Shown here: piece after piece, positions 10,296 through 20,969 of the stretch | Position numbering within the stretch: the first letter of the stretch is position 1 | Layout: every line of letters begins with the position of its first letter | NCBI GenBank assembly: GCA_003154195.1 | Contig: PMCS01000008.1 | Location: forward strand, 143,366 to 207,365 | Origin: Candidatus Omnitrophota bacterium | Lineage (GTDB): Bacteria > Omnitrophota > Gorgyraeia > Duberdicusellales > 4484-171 | Reading direction: 5' to 3' | DNA length: 64,000 bases | Translations under genes and position numbers: made by a program | Notes under the pieces: model-generated | What the model was told of the DNA's origin: nothing | The model's database searches: none | Seen by the model: the letters and a program-made list of their open reading frames with translations, nothing else

Positions 10296-10520
10296 TTACT
10301 GCCCGACCAACTGCGCGTCGTCATACGGACAGTTGGCAAGAAGCCCGTCGTCGTATACACGCAAACATTCCGGGCACTTTTTTGTTTTTGTAGCCTTCGC
10401 GCACGCTCGCCGGTCTTCTCCTGCCGACTGCACCGTTATGCAACCGTTCATAAAGATGATGCTCAAGCCTAAAACCACGATTACCAACCGCGATTTTTGC
10501 CCTCGAATGATTTTATTCAT
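10296..10520 (-). CDS. Small putative lipoprotein with Cys cluster (CPEC...CPYD)
   Basis: Basic N-terminus, hydrophobic stretch, lipobox-like MNGC, zinc-ribbon-like tail. Confidence 0.6.
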   Translation of the reverse strand: MNKIIRGQKSRLVIVVLGLSIIFMNGCITVQSAGEDRRACAKATKTKKCPECLRVYDDGLLANCPYDDAQLVGQ

Positions 10521-10579
10521 GTCATCTTTCTCGTCCTACGCCCCAGCGAAGCGGACGTCCTACATCCTACGGTATTTAT

Positions 10580-11215
10580 CTAATCTATCGTCCCAATCCT
10601 TTTAGGCGGCCACCAGATAAAGATCGCCTTGCCGACGATATCTTTTCCGTCGGCAAAGCCCCAGAAGCGGCTGTCAAGGCTGGAAATACTGTTATCGCCC
10701 AAGAAAAAATATTTATCGGGCGGAACGATTATTTCTTTATCTTTTTTACCGTAATCGCCGCTATTGTAATAATAAACCCTGGCAATAAATGGGTCGGCGA
10801 TAATTTTACCGTTGATATAAATGTTGCCGTCTTTGATCAGCACGCGCTCGCCGCCAAGAGCGATGAGCCTTTTTATATAAACTTTTCTTTTCCAAAACGG
10901 ATTACTCTTTTCCTGAGGAGGAACAAATACAACAACCTCTCCTCTCCTGGGTTTTCTAAAACCGGGCAGTCTTAAATCGGTAAAGGGAACTTTTGAACCA
11001 TAAACCATTTTGCTTACGAAAATCTTATCGTCGGGCATTAAAACAGGTACCATGGAAGTAGTGGGAATTTTATAAATCTGAAAAAAGAAAGTACGCACAA
11101 AGATAGCAAGGGCCGCGGCAATGATAATGGATTCAATCCAATCCTGCAGGGCGCTTTTTTGCTTTGGTCCAACGGTTTGATTATTGTCCTGAATGTTTTC
11201 GGTAATATTTTCCAT
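10580..11215 (-). CDS. lepB: Signal peptidase I
   Basis: IPTTSM (catalytic Ser), YIKR, GDNSISSLDSRFWG. Confidence 0.96.
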   Translation of the reverse strand: MENITENIQDNNQTVGPKQKSALQDWIESIIIAAALAIFVRTFFFQIYKIPTTSMVPVLMPDDKIFVSKMVYGSKVPFTDLRLPGFRKPRRGEVVVFVPPQEKSNPFWKRKVYIKRLIALGGERVLIKDGNIYINGKIIADPFIARVYYYNSGDYGKKDKEIIVPPDKYFFLGDNSISSLDSRFWGFADGKDIVGKAIFIWWPPKRIGTID

Positions 11216-11306
11216 ACTTTAGCCTTCTTCCTATATTCTATGACGCTATTATACCGGTATACTATACACTAAAAACGGTAATTTCAAAATAAAAAAAATT
11301 ATTGGT

Positions 11307-13103
11307 TCACATTTTCAGGACCTCGATGAATGCTTCCTTGGGAACATCGATATTCCCCACCTGTTTCATCTTTTTTTTGCCTTCTTTCTGTTTTTCCCAT
11401 AGTTTACGCTTACGAGTTATGTCACCGCCGTAGCATTTGGCAGTAACGTTTTTACGCAATGCCGATATTCTCTCCGCGGCGATGATCTTGGCGCCGACCG
11501 CGGCCTGAACGCTTATTTCATACATTTGCCGGGGGATCAGCTCTTTAAATTTTTCCACCACCGCGCGGGCGCGAGATTCCGCTTTTTCCTTAAACACCAG
11601 GATTGAAAACGCTTCGACGACTTTCTTATTAAAAAGAATATCCACTTTAATGACTTCAGTTTTCCGGTAACCGATGAATTCGTAGTCCAGAGAAGCGTAG
11701 CCTTTAGTTAAAGATTTTATTTTATCGTAAAAGTCAACCACCACCTCCGCCAGCGGCATGATAAACGCCAGGCTCAACCGGTCCTTGCCCAGATAATCCA
11801 TTTTGGTGAATTCGCCGCGGCGCGACTTGGAAAGTTCGCATAAAGCGTCCATGCCGTCGATGGGCGTGACAATCGTCGCCTTCACGTAGGGCTCCTCGAC
11901 AAGCTCGATCGCCGTCGAGTCGGGTAATTTATGCGGGCTTTCCACATTCAATATCTCGCCGTTTTTCTTAGTTACGCGGTACATTACGCTGGGTGAAGTC
12001 AGAACAAGGTTTAAATCGTACTCACGTTCGAGCCGTTCCTGTACTACTTCCATATGAAGCAGGCCAAGAAACCCGCAACGAAAACCATGGCCGAGGGTAC
12101 CTAAATTATCCGGTTCGTAAACAAAAGAGGGGTCAGATAACCTTAACTTTTCGATGGCATCGCGTAAAAGCGGGTAATCATTGGGGTCGGAAGGAAATAT
12201 CCCGCAAAAAACCATCGGTGGTATTTTTTTATATCCTTCAAAAGGTTTGGCGGTAGGCTGAGAAGGAGAAGTAATCGTATCACCCATATCCACATCCTGA
12301 GGTTTTTTAATCCCGCAGCAGATATAACCGACTTCGCCGGCGCCTAAAAAATCTTTTTTCTGAGCCTGCGGCAGGAATACGCCCACCTCTTCGATTTCAT
12401 ACACGGATTTACGGTGCATCATCAGAATTTTATCTTTGCACCGGATAATCCCATCGAACACCCTTAAAAATAAAATGACGCCCCGGTAGGGGTCATAAAG
12501 GGAATCGAAAAGAATTGCCCGTAAAGGCGCTTGGGATTCGGTTTGCGGCGCCGGAACTTCGATGATTATTCTTTTTAAAACCTCGGCAACGCCGCGGCCA
12601 TCCTTAGCCGACACTAATGTTATTTCTTCTTTCTTAAAACCAAAGATATCGCAAAGCTGTCCCGTGGTGCGTTCAATGTCGGCGCCGGGAAGGTCAATTT
12701 TATTTACTACGGGAATAATTTTTAAATTAGCTTCGAACGCTAAATAAAAATTCGCCACGGTTTGCGCCTCAACACCCTGCGAGGCGTCAACCAGAAGTAT
12801 CGCTCCTTCACAGGCTTTCAATGACTTTGCTACTTCATAGGTAAAATCGACGTGGCCGGGCGTATCGATAAGGTTAAGAATATACTCCTGCCCCTCAAAG
12901 TTAAATTTCAACCGGACCGCCTTAGCTTTTATTGTAATGCCTCTTTCGCGCTCGAGTTCCATACTGTCCATCAGTTGTTCCTGCCCCAATCGCTTACGGT
13001 CGATAACACCGGCCATCTCCAAAAACCGGTCTGCCAGCGTAGACTTACCGTGGTCGATGTGGGCAATAATACAGAAATTTCTTAGATTATTTTTTATATC
13101 CAT
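11307..13103 (-). CDS. lepA: Elongation factor 4 (LepA)
   Basis: HIDHGKSTLADR, DTPGHVDF, KCYGGDITRKRKL. Confidence 0.98.
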   Translation of the reverse strand: MDIKNNLRNFCIIAHIDHGKSTLADRFLEMAGVIDRKRLGQEQLMDSMELERERGITIKAKAVRLKFNFEGQEYILNLIDTPGHVDFTYEVAKSLKACEGAILLVDASQGVEAQTVANFYLAFEANLKIIPVVNKIDLPGADIERTTGQLCDIFGFKKEEITLVSAKDGRGVAEVLKRIIIEVPAPQTESQAPLRAILFDSLYDPYRGVILFLRVFDGIIRCKDKILMMHRKSVYEIEEVGVFLPQAQKKDFLGAGEVGYICCGIKKPQDVDMGDTITSPSQPTAKPFEGYKKIPPMVFCGIFPSDPNDYPLLRDAIEKLRLSDPSFVYEPDNLGTLGHGFRCGFLGLLHMEVVQERLEREYDLNLVLTSPSVMYRVTKKNGEILNVESPHKLPDSTAIELVEEPYVKATIVTPIDGMDALCELSKSRRGEFTKMDYLGKDRLSLAFIMPLAEVVVDFYDKIKSLTKGYASLDYEFIGYRKTEVIKVDILFNKKVVEAFSILVFKEKAESRARAVVEKFKELIPRQMYEISVQAAVGAKIIAAERISALRKNVTAKCYGGDITRKRKLWEKQKEGKKKMKQVGNIDVPKEAFIEVLKM

Positions 13104-13117
13104 AAAATCAACTATTA

Positions 13118-13247
13118 AATTGGGGAAATTGGGATATTGGGGAATTGGGATTTGGATATTGGAGAATTAGGATATTAGGTTATGAGTTTTTCCCAATCAC
13201 CTAATCCCCCAATTTCCAAATCCCGATCTCCTAATCCCCTAATATCC
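13118..13247. repeat. Inverted cassette with 8-mer tandem arms
   Basis: (a/t)att(g/a)gga-type units x~8, then cc(c/t)aatc(c/a)-type units x~7. Confidence 0.88.
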
Positions 13248-13302
13248 TGAAAGGGGATTTCTATACTCTCAAGCTATCACTGACTTTTTTACTAATAATT
13301 AT

Positions 13303-13947
13303 CTACGCAGAAGTTATCTTTTCAGCAAGAATTCTTACAACCTCGTCGATAGAAAAAGCGGTAGTATCAATAACCTGGGCGTCGGCGCTTTTTTTAAGCG
13401 GCCCTACGGTCCGAGACATATCCGCTTCGTCCCGCCGCTTCAAGTCCGCAGCCACCTCTTCCCGGCTTATATTTATACCTTTGGCCGAAAGTTCGCCATA
13501 GCGCCTTTCGGCGCGCACCTTATAATCGGCGTCCAGGTAAAATTTAAATTCCGCGGCGGGGAAAATAACTGTGGTAGTATCTCTGCCCTCGGTAACGCAG
13601 GAATAATTGCGCGCTATCTTCCGTGCCAGAGCCACAATATATTCCCGGACTTTTTTTATTTTACAGACATCAGAGATATTCTTATCGATTTGCGGCGCGC
13701 GTATTGCCTGGGTCACGTCTTCATTATCCAAAAATACCCTGCCGTCCTGAAAACGGAAATTCAGGCCGGCGGCAATGCTCTCGATTTTTTTCTCATCGCG
13801 TGAATCGATTTTTTCGCGGATAACCTTTAAGGTAAGCGCCCGGTACATCGCGCCCGTATCTAAATACAGGAAACCTAATTTTTCAGCTAAAAGTTTCGAT
13901 ACGGTGCTCTTACCGCTTCCCGCCGGGCCGTCAATGGCGATAATCAT
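13303..13947 (-). CDS. cmk: Cytidylate kinase
   Basis: IAIDGPAGSGKST, YLDTGAMYRA, EGRD. Confidence 0.97.
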   Translation of the reverse strand: MIIAIDGPAGSGKSTVSKLLAEKLGFLYLDTGAMYRALTLKVIREKIDSRDEKKIESIAAGLNFRFQDGRVFLDNEDVTQAIRAPQIDKNISDVCKIKKVREYIVALARKIARNYSCVTEGRDTTTVIFPAAEFKFYLDADYKVRAERRYGELSAKGINISREEVAADLKRRDEADMSRTVGPLKKSADAQVIDTTAFSIDEVVRILAEKITSA

Positions 13948-13956
13948 ATAAATACC

Positions 13957-14805
13957 TTAATAATTCTTCTGCTTCCGGTTGGCTTTTTCGATGAATTCGT
14001 ACACCCCGCGCTTGTTTTCTTCTTTAATCAGTTTGCGAAATTTTTCCAGGGCTTCAATAAACTTTCCGGTAGCATTCAAAATATTGTCCTTATTGGAAAG
14101 AAAAATATCGGCCCAGACATTTACGGGAGAAGCGGCGACCCGGGTCATATCCTTAAACGCCGGGCCAGCAAAATCAAGACAATAACCGGGTAATTCCGCG
14201 GCCATAGTAAACGATACTATATGGGGCATATGAGAAACGAAAGCTAATATTCTATCATGCTCGATGGCAGACAAGGCAATGACATGGCCACCGGCGCTTT
14301 CCCATAATAACTTAGTTACTTTAAAACCAAAACCGGAAAAATTATCGTTGACAACAAAACAAGGCGCATTTTTGTATAAATCTTTACGGCTGAATTCCGC
14401 TCCCGACTTCTCTCCGCCGCATAAAGGATGGCAACCGATAAACTCCACATGCCGTGGTAAATATTTTTTTGCCGCGGCCACGATATATTCTTTGGTACTT
14501 CCCAAATCCAAGACAATCGCTTTTTTCTTTAAAAAAGGGGCGATTGTCTTGAAATAATCGACAATCGCGTAAACCGGCGCGGCGAGAATAACAATATCCG
14601 CCCCTTCCACGGCTACCTTTATGTTTTTTTCTACCCTATCGACAAGATTAAGTTTTTTAAGTTTTTGGTATGATTTTTCACTCCGGGCAAAACCGTAGAT
14701 TGTTCCGAAAATGCGTTTTCCTCTCAGCGCCAGAGCAAGCGAACCACCCATAAGCCCGACGCCGATAATAGCTGTCTTCTTAAACGGCCCGATTTGTTCG
14801 TTCAT
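13957..14805 (-). CDS. tyrA: Prephenate dehydrogenase
   Basis: GVGLMGGS, DLGSTK, HPLCGGE, HD...SHMPH. Confidence 0.93.
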   Translation of the reverse strand: MNEQIGPFKKTAIIGVGLMGGSLALALRGKRIFGTIYGFARSEKSYQKLKKLNLVDRVEKNIKVAVEGADIVILAAPVYAIVDYFKTIAPFLKKKAIVLDLGSTKEYIVAAAKKYLPRHVEFIGCHPLCGGEKSGAEFSRKDLYKNAPCFVVNDNFSGFGFKVTKLLWESAGGHVIALSAIEHDRILAFVSHMPHIVSFTMAAELPGYCLDFAGPAFKDMTRVAASPVNVWADIFLSNKDNILNATGKFIEALEKFRKLIKEENKRGVYEFIEKANRKQKNY

Positions 14806-15818
14806 ATTTTTCTACCCACCGCTTCCGCCACTTTTGCCAGATCTTTCATCAGGCCGGCAAAAGTATCCGGCAGCAACTGCTGCGGCCCGTCGCTTAAGGC
14901 TTCCTCGGGATTAGGATGCACTTCAATCATCAGGCCGTCGGCTCCCGCCGCGATTGCCGCCAGGCTGAGCGGCGCAACCAAACCCCACTTCCCCGCCGCA
15001 TGCGAAGGATCGACTACCATCGGCAGATGCGACAACAACTTCACCGCCGGGACCGCGCTTAAATCAAGGGTACTGCGGGTAAAATCTTCGTAAGTCCGGA
15101 TACCGCGCTCGCATAAAATCACGTTCATATTGCCGCCGGCCAAAATATACTCGGCGCTCATCAATAGTTCCTTTATTGTCGCAGCCAAGCCTCTTTTTAA
15201 AAGAACCGGTTTTTGAGTCTGGCCTACTTCCTTAAGCAGATTAAAATTTTGCATATTGCGCGCGCCGATTTGCAAAATATCGGCGTATTTGCTGACCAAT
15301 TCCACGTCGCGGGTATCCATAACCTCGGTAACCGTGGCGATATCCAGTTCCCGGCCGGCATCTTGGAGGATTTTCAGGCCGTCGATGCCCAAACCTTGAA
15401 AATTATAAGGGGAAGTCCTTGGTTTATACGCGCCGCCCCGCAGAACCGAGGCTCCGGCTTTTTTTACTTTTATCGCCACTTCCCTTACCTGTTGCGCCGA
15501 TTCAATGGAACACGGCCCGGCAATCACCACTATTTTTTTACCGCCGAATTCCACACCGTCTTTTATTTTTATAACGCTATTCTCTTTTCTAAACTCGCGC
15601 GATACCAGTTTATACGGCGGTAAAACCGTCATTACTTTTTCGACGCCGCTAAAAACTTCCAACGGCTGTAAGCTTACGGTATCTTCCGGCCCGATCACCC
15701 CCAGAATGGTACGCTCCACACCTCTCGATACCATCGCCTTAAGCCCGAGCTTTTCGATACGCTCGATAACGTGGTTTATTTCCTGTTCGCTGGCGTCTTT
15801 CTTAAAAACAATTATCAT
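14802..15818 (-). CDS. aroF: DAHP synthase (class I-beta)
   Basis: IAGPCS, GGAYKPRTSPY, QIGARNMQNF, ERGIRT, DPSHA. Confidence 0.96.
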   Translation of the reverse strand: MIIVFKKDASEQEINHVIERIEKLGLKAMVSRGVERTILGVIGPEDTVSLQPLEVFSGVEKVMTVLPPYKLVSREFRKENSVIKIKDGVEFGGKKIVVIAGPCSIESAQQVREVAIKVKKAGASVLRGGAYKPRTSPYNFQGLGIDGLKILQDAGRELDIATVTEVMDTRDVELVSKYADILQIGARNMQNFNLLKEVGQTQKPVLLKRGLAATIKELLMSAEYILAGGNMNVILCERGIRTYEDFTRSTLDLSAVPAVKLLSHLPMVVDPSHAAGKWGLVAPLSLAAIAAGADGLMIEVHPNPEEALSDGPQQLLPDTFAGLMKDLAKVAEAVGRKI

Positions 15819-15874
15819 CTTACTTTGTCCCTCCCACTGAAAATTTCATTTATAGTGCATCGAGATATTTTTAG

Positions 15875-15994
15875 CCACTGACTAACACTGATCAAGCACG
15901 GATAAAAATAAAAGTATAATTCAATTATTTTATCTCTTAAAATCAGTGTTTTATCCGTCCCTTTCAGGGGGCTTCGCACTGAAAATCAGTAGTT
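15875..15994. repeat. Inverted cassette (cactga-type arms) with nested small hairpin
   Basis: ccactgactaacactgatcaagcacggat ... aatcagtgttttatccgt[ccctttcagggg]...aatcagtagtt. Confidence 0.65.
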
Positions 15995-16005
15995 AAACAA
16001 AAACA

Positions 16006-17088
16006 CTATTGTTTTAAGTAATTTTTCAAACACCCAATAAACTTCTTATTCTCTTTGCGCAAACCTACTGTAACCCGGAAGCAATTCTTTAATCCCCAAC
16101 CGGTCAGCTCCCGGATAATCACGCCGTTTTTTAATAAATAATCGTTAAGTTTCAAAGTATCCTGCTTAAAATTGACAAAAATAAAATTAGTAGCGCTTTT
16201 AACATAAACCAACCCCAATTTATCCATTTCCCGGTAAAAGTATTCTTTCTCTTTTTTAATATAGGGTAATACTTTTTTGATAAAACTTTTATCTTTTATC
16301 CCGGCCAGCGCCGCTACTTGCGCAAACCGGTTTATATTAAACGGCTCTCTTATCTTATCCAATCCCTCGGCAATTTCCACCGAGGTAATCGCATAACCCA
16401 GGCGTAAGCCGGCCAAGCCGTAAATTTTAGAAAAAGTGCGGCTAAAAATTATGTTGCCCCGATTTTTCAAAAACTTCTTCGTTTGGGGAAAATCGCCCGG
16501 AGCAAATTCAAAATACGCTTCGTCGAAAAATAATAAAATATTTTTGGGTATTTTGCTCAAGAATACGCCGACTTGTTTATGATTCAGGTATGTCCCGGTA
16601 GGATTGTCGGGGTTGGCAATAAAGATTATCTTAGTTTTTTTGGTAACCGCCTCCGCCATCGCGTTTAAATCATAACAAAAATTTTTTAACGGTACGCGTT
16701 TTATTTCGGCATTACAGGCGATGGCCTGGATTTCATAAATCAAAAAGGTCGGTTGGGCAATAATGACTTCGTCGCCGTCTTCGATAATCGAACGCAGCGC
16801 CAAGCTGATTAATTCATCGGAACCATTACCGAAAACAATCTGGTTGTCTGACACGCCTAACTGCCGCGCCAGCTCTTTTCGCAAGTAAAAACAACTCGCT
16901 TCCGGATAGCGGTTAATATTTTTTATTTCGTCATTAATCGCCTTACGAATATAGGAAGGCGGAAACGGCACTTCATTAGAAGCAAGTTTGTAAACTTCCC
17001 CCAAACCCAGCGCTCGCTTTACTTCCTCAATGGGCTTGCCGGGAACATACGGTTTAACTTTGTCTAATGATTTTTTGAATATATTCAT
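16006..17088 (-). CDS. hisC: Histidinol-phosphate aminotransferase
   Basis: KLASNE, NPDNPTG, DEAY, RTFSKIYGLAGLRLGY. Confidence 0.96.
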   Translation of the reverse strand: MNIFKKSLDKVKPYVPGKPIEEVKRALGLGEVYKLASNEVPFPPSYIRKAINDEIKNINRYPEASCFYLRKELARQLGVSDNQIVFGNGSDELISLALRSIIEDGDEVIIAQPTFLIYEIQAIACNAEIKRVPLKNFCYDLNAMAEAVTKKTKIIFIANPDNPTGTYLNHKQVGVFLSKIPKNILLFFDEAYFEFAPGDFPQTKKFLKNRGNIIFSRTFSKIYGLAGLRLGYAITSVEIAEGLDKIREPFNINRFAQVAALAGIKDKSFIKKVLPYIKKEKEYFYREMDKLGLVYVKSATNFIFVNFKQDTLKLNDYLLKNGVIIRELTGWGLKNCFRVTVGLRKENKKFIGCLKNYLKQ

Positions 17089-17098
17089 ATAAATGCTT

Positions 17099-17230
17099 AA
17101 CGCAGATGATCACAGATTAAAAATCAACAGGTGATCGCTGACAGTTAACAAAAAATTACAAATATCAATACCTACTTTGGGATTTATGCTTTATCCGCGA
17201 TCATCAGCATCTTTTAATCAGCGATCATCC
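17099..17230 (+). repeat. Family A inverted cassette, copy 1
   Basis: cgcagatgatcacagattaaaaatcaacaggtgatcgctga ... tatccgcgatcatcagcatcttttaatcagcgatcatc. Confidence 0.88.
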
Positions 17231-17235
17231 AATAA

Positions 17236-18297
17236 TTAATTACCCCTCGGATACGAACCCAGGATTTTTACGAAAATACATTGTTTTCCCAACTCCTTTA
17301 AGGCTTTTTGAAAATCCGGCGAACTGCGATGGCCCTGGAAATCAACAAAAAAATAATACTCCCAGGGCTTTCTCCTAGACGGCCGCGATTCTATCTTGGT
17401 AAGGTTGATGCCGTATTTTTTAAACGAAAAAAGCACATCATGCAATGCCCCTACTTTATCTTTAACCGCGAAAAGAATCGATGTTTTATCATTCCCTGAA
17501 GGAAAACTGTCATTACGGGAAATTACTAAAAACCGCGTAATATTGGAAGATAGATCCTCTATCGAAGATGCGATAACTTTAAGCCCGTAGATATCGGCAA
17601 GAATCTTATTGCCGATACAGGCGCTGTCGCGTTTATCGCCCACAATCATTGCCGCTCTTGCCGTAGAACTAACCGGCACAAGTTCTGTCCCGGGATAATG
17701 TTGGACGAGCCACTTCCGGCACTGGGCTAATACTTGCGGGTTAGAATATATTCGTTTTATGCTCTTGCCCGATGGCTTAGCTAATAAAGTATGGGTTATA
17801 CCCAGTGTAGCTTCGGCGCAAATTTTCAAATCGGAAGCAAAAAACATATCCAGCGTATAGTTAACTGCTCCTTCCGTAGAATTTTCTATCGGCACCACGC
17901 CGTAATCGGCGCCGTCTTTATCAACCTCGTTGAATACATCGTCAATGCTTTCGCAGGCAATATACTCGCTGGAGCGGCCAAAATTTTTTATTGCCGCCAG
18001 ATGGGTATTCGTACCCTGGGGGCCGAAATAGGCGATACGCAGGACAGTCCTCAACGAACGGCAAGCGGAAAGTATTTCCCGAAAAATAACTTCCAGTTCA
18101 TCTGTACCCATAGGGCCGCGGCTCATCTTTTTTAAACGACTTAAAATATGGCTTTCCCGCTCCGCCGAATAAGCCGACATCTTGCTTTCTTTTTTCAGCT
18201 TGCTGATTCTGGTGGCTTCCTGCGCCCGCTTATTTAAAAGAGCAACCAGCGCCTCGTCGATCTTATCAATTTGTTTGCGTAATTCCGATAAATGCAT
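17236..18297 (-). CDS. pheA: Chorismate mutase/prephenate dehydratase
   Basis: N-terminal CM domain, PIENSTEG, TRF, KIESRP ACT domain. Confidence 0.96.
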   Translation of the reverse strand: MHLSELRKQIDKIDEALVALLNKRAQEATRISKLKKESKMSAYSAERESHILSRLKKMSRGPMGTDELEVIFREILSACRSLRTVLRIAYFGPQGTNTHLAAIKNFGRSSEYIACESIDDVFNEVDKDGADYGVVPIENSTEGAVNYTLDMFFASDLKICAEATLGITHTLLAKPSGKSIKRIYSNPQVLAQCRKWLVQHYPGTELVPVSSTARAAMIVGDKRDSACIGNKILADIYGLKVIASSIEDLSSNITRFLVISRNDSFPSGNDKTSILFAVKDKVGALHDVLFSFKKYGINLTKIESRPSRRKPWEYYFFVDFQGHRSSPDFQKALKELGKQCIFVKILGSYPRGN

Positions 18298-18409
18298 TTT
18301 TTCTCCTTATTAATGCTTGCATATCATTTCCAATTAAATATTTATTATTTAGCAATTACCATTTATTTTAAAATGATGATTGCCTCATGCTAAATTTAAA
18401 ATTACTATT

Positions 18410-19153
18410 TTATTTTTTTATTTTCTTGAACTCTTCCTCCGCCGACTTTAATGATTCATAACGGCCGATATCGAACCAGCTCCCTTTTAAGGGATAACCA
18501 TAAACTCTTGCTTCCTGAACCAGCCACTCGATATATTTACCGGACGCGTCGGAATGGCACCTTGCGGAGATGTATCTATTCAGCATCTCCAGAGAATCTT
18601 TAGGGAAAAAATAAACGCATGTCGCGATCAATCTTGACGGCGGATTTTCCGGTTTTTCCAAAAATATCGATATTTTCCTGGTTAAGTTCAGCTTGACCAC
18701 CCCGAAATTGGAGGCTAATTTTTTTTGCGCCAACTTGTACAACCCTATCGAAACATAGGGTTTCTTTTTACAGGCAAATCGCATAAATTTAATCAAAGCA
18801 TCATTAAATAAATTATCTCCTCCTAAAATAAGCCAATCACCAACATCTCTGCCGATAGCGAAATTTATGTCGCCGATTGCACCCAGCCGGTCTTCCGGGG
18901 AATTGGAACCGTCGTTAATAATATTTACGTCAAAATGATACTTTTTCTTCCATTCCAGAAAATTAGGATAAAATTTGTTATTCGAAACTACCCTGATTTC
19001 TTCAACGGGAAAATAATTGTTCAGGCATTTTATTTTTTCGATTAAAAAATTTATAATCGGGGTGGAACAAACGGGAATTAATGGCTTGGGGAGATTAACC
19101 GTCAAGGGGTACAATCTGGTACCGTAACCGGCCGCAAGAATCGCTACTCTCAT
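18410..19153 (-). CDS. Sugar-phosphate nucleotidyltransferase
   Basis: ILAAGYGTRLYPLT..PKPL, GDNLF, EKP, WFDIG. Confidence 0.9.
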   Translation of the reverse strand: MRVAILAAGYGTRLYPLTVNLPKPLIPVCSTPIINFLIEKIKCLNNYFPVEEIRVVSNNKFYPNFLEWKKKYHFDVNIINDGSNSPEDRLGAIGDINFAIGRDVGDWLILGGDNLFNDALIKFMRFACKKKPYVSIGLYKLAQKKLASNFGVVKLNLTRKISIFLEKPENPPSRLIATCVYFFPKDSLEMLNRYISARCHSDASGKYIEWLVQEARVYGYPLKGSWFDIGRYESLKSAEEEFKKIKK

Positions 19154-19214
19154 AGCTGGATAGCCCCAAAAGCATAAGTTAATCCATGAGCATTTTCCAT
19201 CATTTTTGCCGAAT

Positions 19215-20969
19215 TTACGCCATGCAAATCCTTTCGTAATCGTCTTTCAAAAAGCGCCTGAGTTCCTCCTGCAAAAACTTCTCTACCTCCCTGGACGTCG
19301 AAAAATCAACGGCCTTAAGGGCTAAGGCCTGGGTATCCTTGAAGTTCACGCTTCTTATCAGTTCTTTTATTTTGGGAATAAACGGCGGCGGCATACTGAA
19401 TTCATCCAAACCGAAACCTAAAAGTAAAAGAGCGAATAACGGCTCACCCGCCATCTCGCCGCACATACCTACCCATATATTATTCTTATGGGCATTTTCA
19501 ATGACGCTTTTTATCAGGCGCAATACTGCCGGATGCGCCGGATCGTACAAGTAGGCAACTTTTTCATTAGCCCGGTCCACGGCAAGCGAGTATTGAATCA
19601 AATCATTGGTACCGATACTAAAGAAATCGCTTTCCTTAGCTAAAACATCAGCAGTTAAGGCCGCCGAAGGAACTTCAATCATTATGCCTATGGATATTTT
19701 TTCATCGAAAGCCAACCCTTCTTTCTTGAGTTCCCTTTTACATTCTTCAATTAATTTCTTAGCTTCCCTGAGCTCTTCCACGCTGGAAATCATGGGAAAC
19801 ATTACCTTAACGTTGCCTTCGGCCGACGCTCTCAATATCGCGCGCAATTGAACCTTAAAAACTTCCGGCCGGGCAAGGCAAAACCTGATTGCGCGCCAGC
19901 CTAAAAATGGGCTCATCTCTACCGGAACCTGCGGCTGGGAAAGAAACTTATCCCCCCCTATATCAATGGTACGCAAAATCACCGAAGCGGGTTTAATTTT
20001 TTTGGCGACACTGAGATAAGCCTTATATTGCTCCTCTTCGCTGGGTAACTCTTTTTTTCCTAAAAATATATATTCCGTACGATAAAGGCCGATACCGTCG
20101 GCGCCGAACTCATGGGCCAACGCTAATTCTTCCGGTAATTCAATATTGGCGGAAACCACGATTTCCCTTTTATCGATTGTACGCGCCTTGGCCTTAGGTA
20201 TATGTATCGCTTCTTTTATAACGGCGATCTTGGCGGATTTTCTCTGATAATCTCTTAAAACTTTATCCGTGGGGCGGGCAATAACCGTTCCCTCTATCCC
20301 GTCAATAATCAACTTATCGTCGGGAGCGATATTCTGGGTAGCGATCTCTAAACCTACCACCGCCGGAATCCCTAAGCTTCTGGCGATAATTGCTGTATGA
20401 GACGTCCGGCCCCCGACGTCGGTAATAAAACCCAGGATATTTTCTTTGGGTAAAGTAGCAGTTTGCGAAGGAGAAAGGTCGTGAGCGACAATAATAACTT
20501 TTTCTTTCAAGTCCTGGATCTTTTTCTCTTCCTGTTTCAGGAATTTGCGCATGACGCGGCGCGCCACGTCTTCGATATCCACGACCCGTTCGCGCAGATA
20601 CTCATCGTTTATCTTAAGCAGGGTATCGATATATTTTTTTATGCTCTGGCTAAAGGCGAATTCCGCATTTACCTTTTTGTTTTTTATCTGCTGGATTATA
20701 TCTTCAATCAAAACCCGGTCTTCCAGAATCAAAAGGTGGGCTTCAAAAATCTTGGCGTGGTCGAACCCCAGGTCTTCGGAAATTTTTTTCTGCAGGGTAG
20801 AAATTTCCCGGCGCGTTTCTATCAACGCTTCTTCGAGGCGGTAAATTTCCCGCGAAACATCCTCATGGAAAATTTTTCTTTTGGGAATAGAAAGCTCTTC
20901 TTTCCCCAACAGGAAAGCCTTAGCAATCGCTATTCCGCCGCTGGCAACAACACCTTTTAATTTAATCAT
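19215..20969 (-). CDS. ptsI: PTS enzyme I
   Basis: GGRTSHTAI, GIGLYRTE, FFSIGTNDL, CGEMAG. Confidence 0.97.
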   Translation of the reverse strand: MIKLKGVVASGGIAIAKAFLLGKEELSIPKRKIFHEDVSREIYRLEEALIETRREISTLQKKISEDLGFDHAKIFEAHLLILEDRVLIEDIIQQIKNKKVNAEFAFSQSIKKYIDTLLKINDEYLRERVVDIEDVARRVMRKFLKQEEKKIQDLKEKVIIVAHDLSPSQTATLPKENILGFITDVGGRTSHTAIIARSLGIPAVVGLEIATQNIAPDDKLIIDGIEGTVIARPTDKVLRDYQRKSAKIAVIKEAIHIPKAKARTIDKREIVVSANIELPEELALAHEFGADGIGLYRTEYIFLGKKELPSEEEQYKAYLSVAKKIKPASVILRTIDIGGDKFLSQPQVPVEMSPFLGWRAIRFCLARPEVFKVQLRAILRASAEGNVKVMFPMISSVEELREAKKLIEECKRELKKEGLAFDEKISIGIMIEVPSAALTADVLAKESDFFSIGTNDLIQYSLAVDRANEKVAYLYDPAHPAVLRLIKSVIENAHKNNIWVGMCGEMAGEPLFALLLLGFGLDEFSMPPPFIPKIKELIRSVNFKDTQALALKAVDFSTSREVEKFLQEELRRFLKDDYERICMA

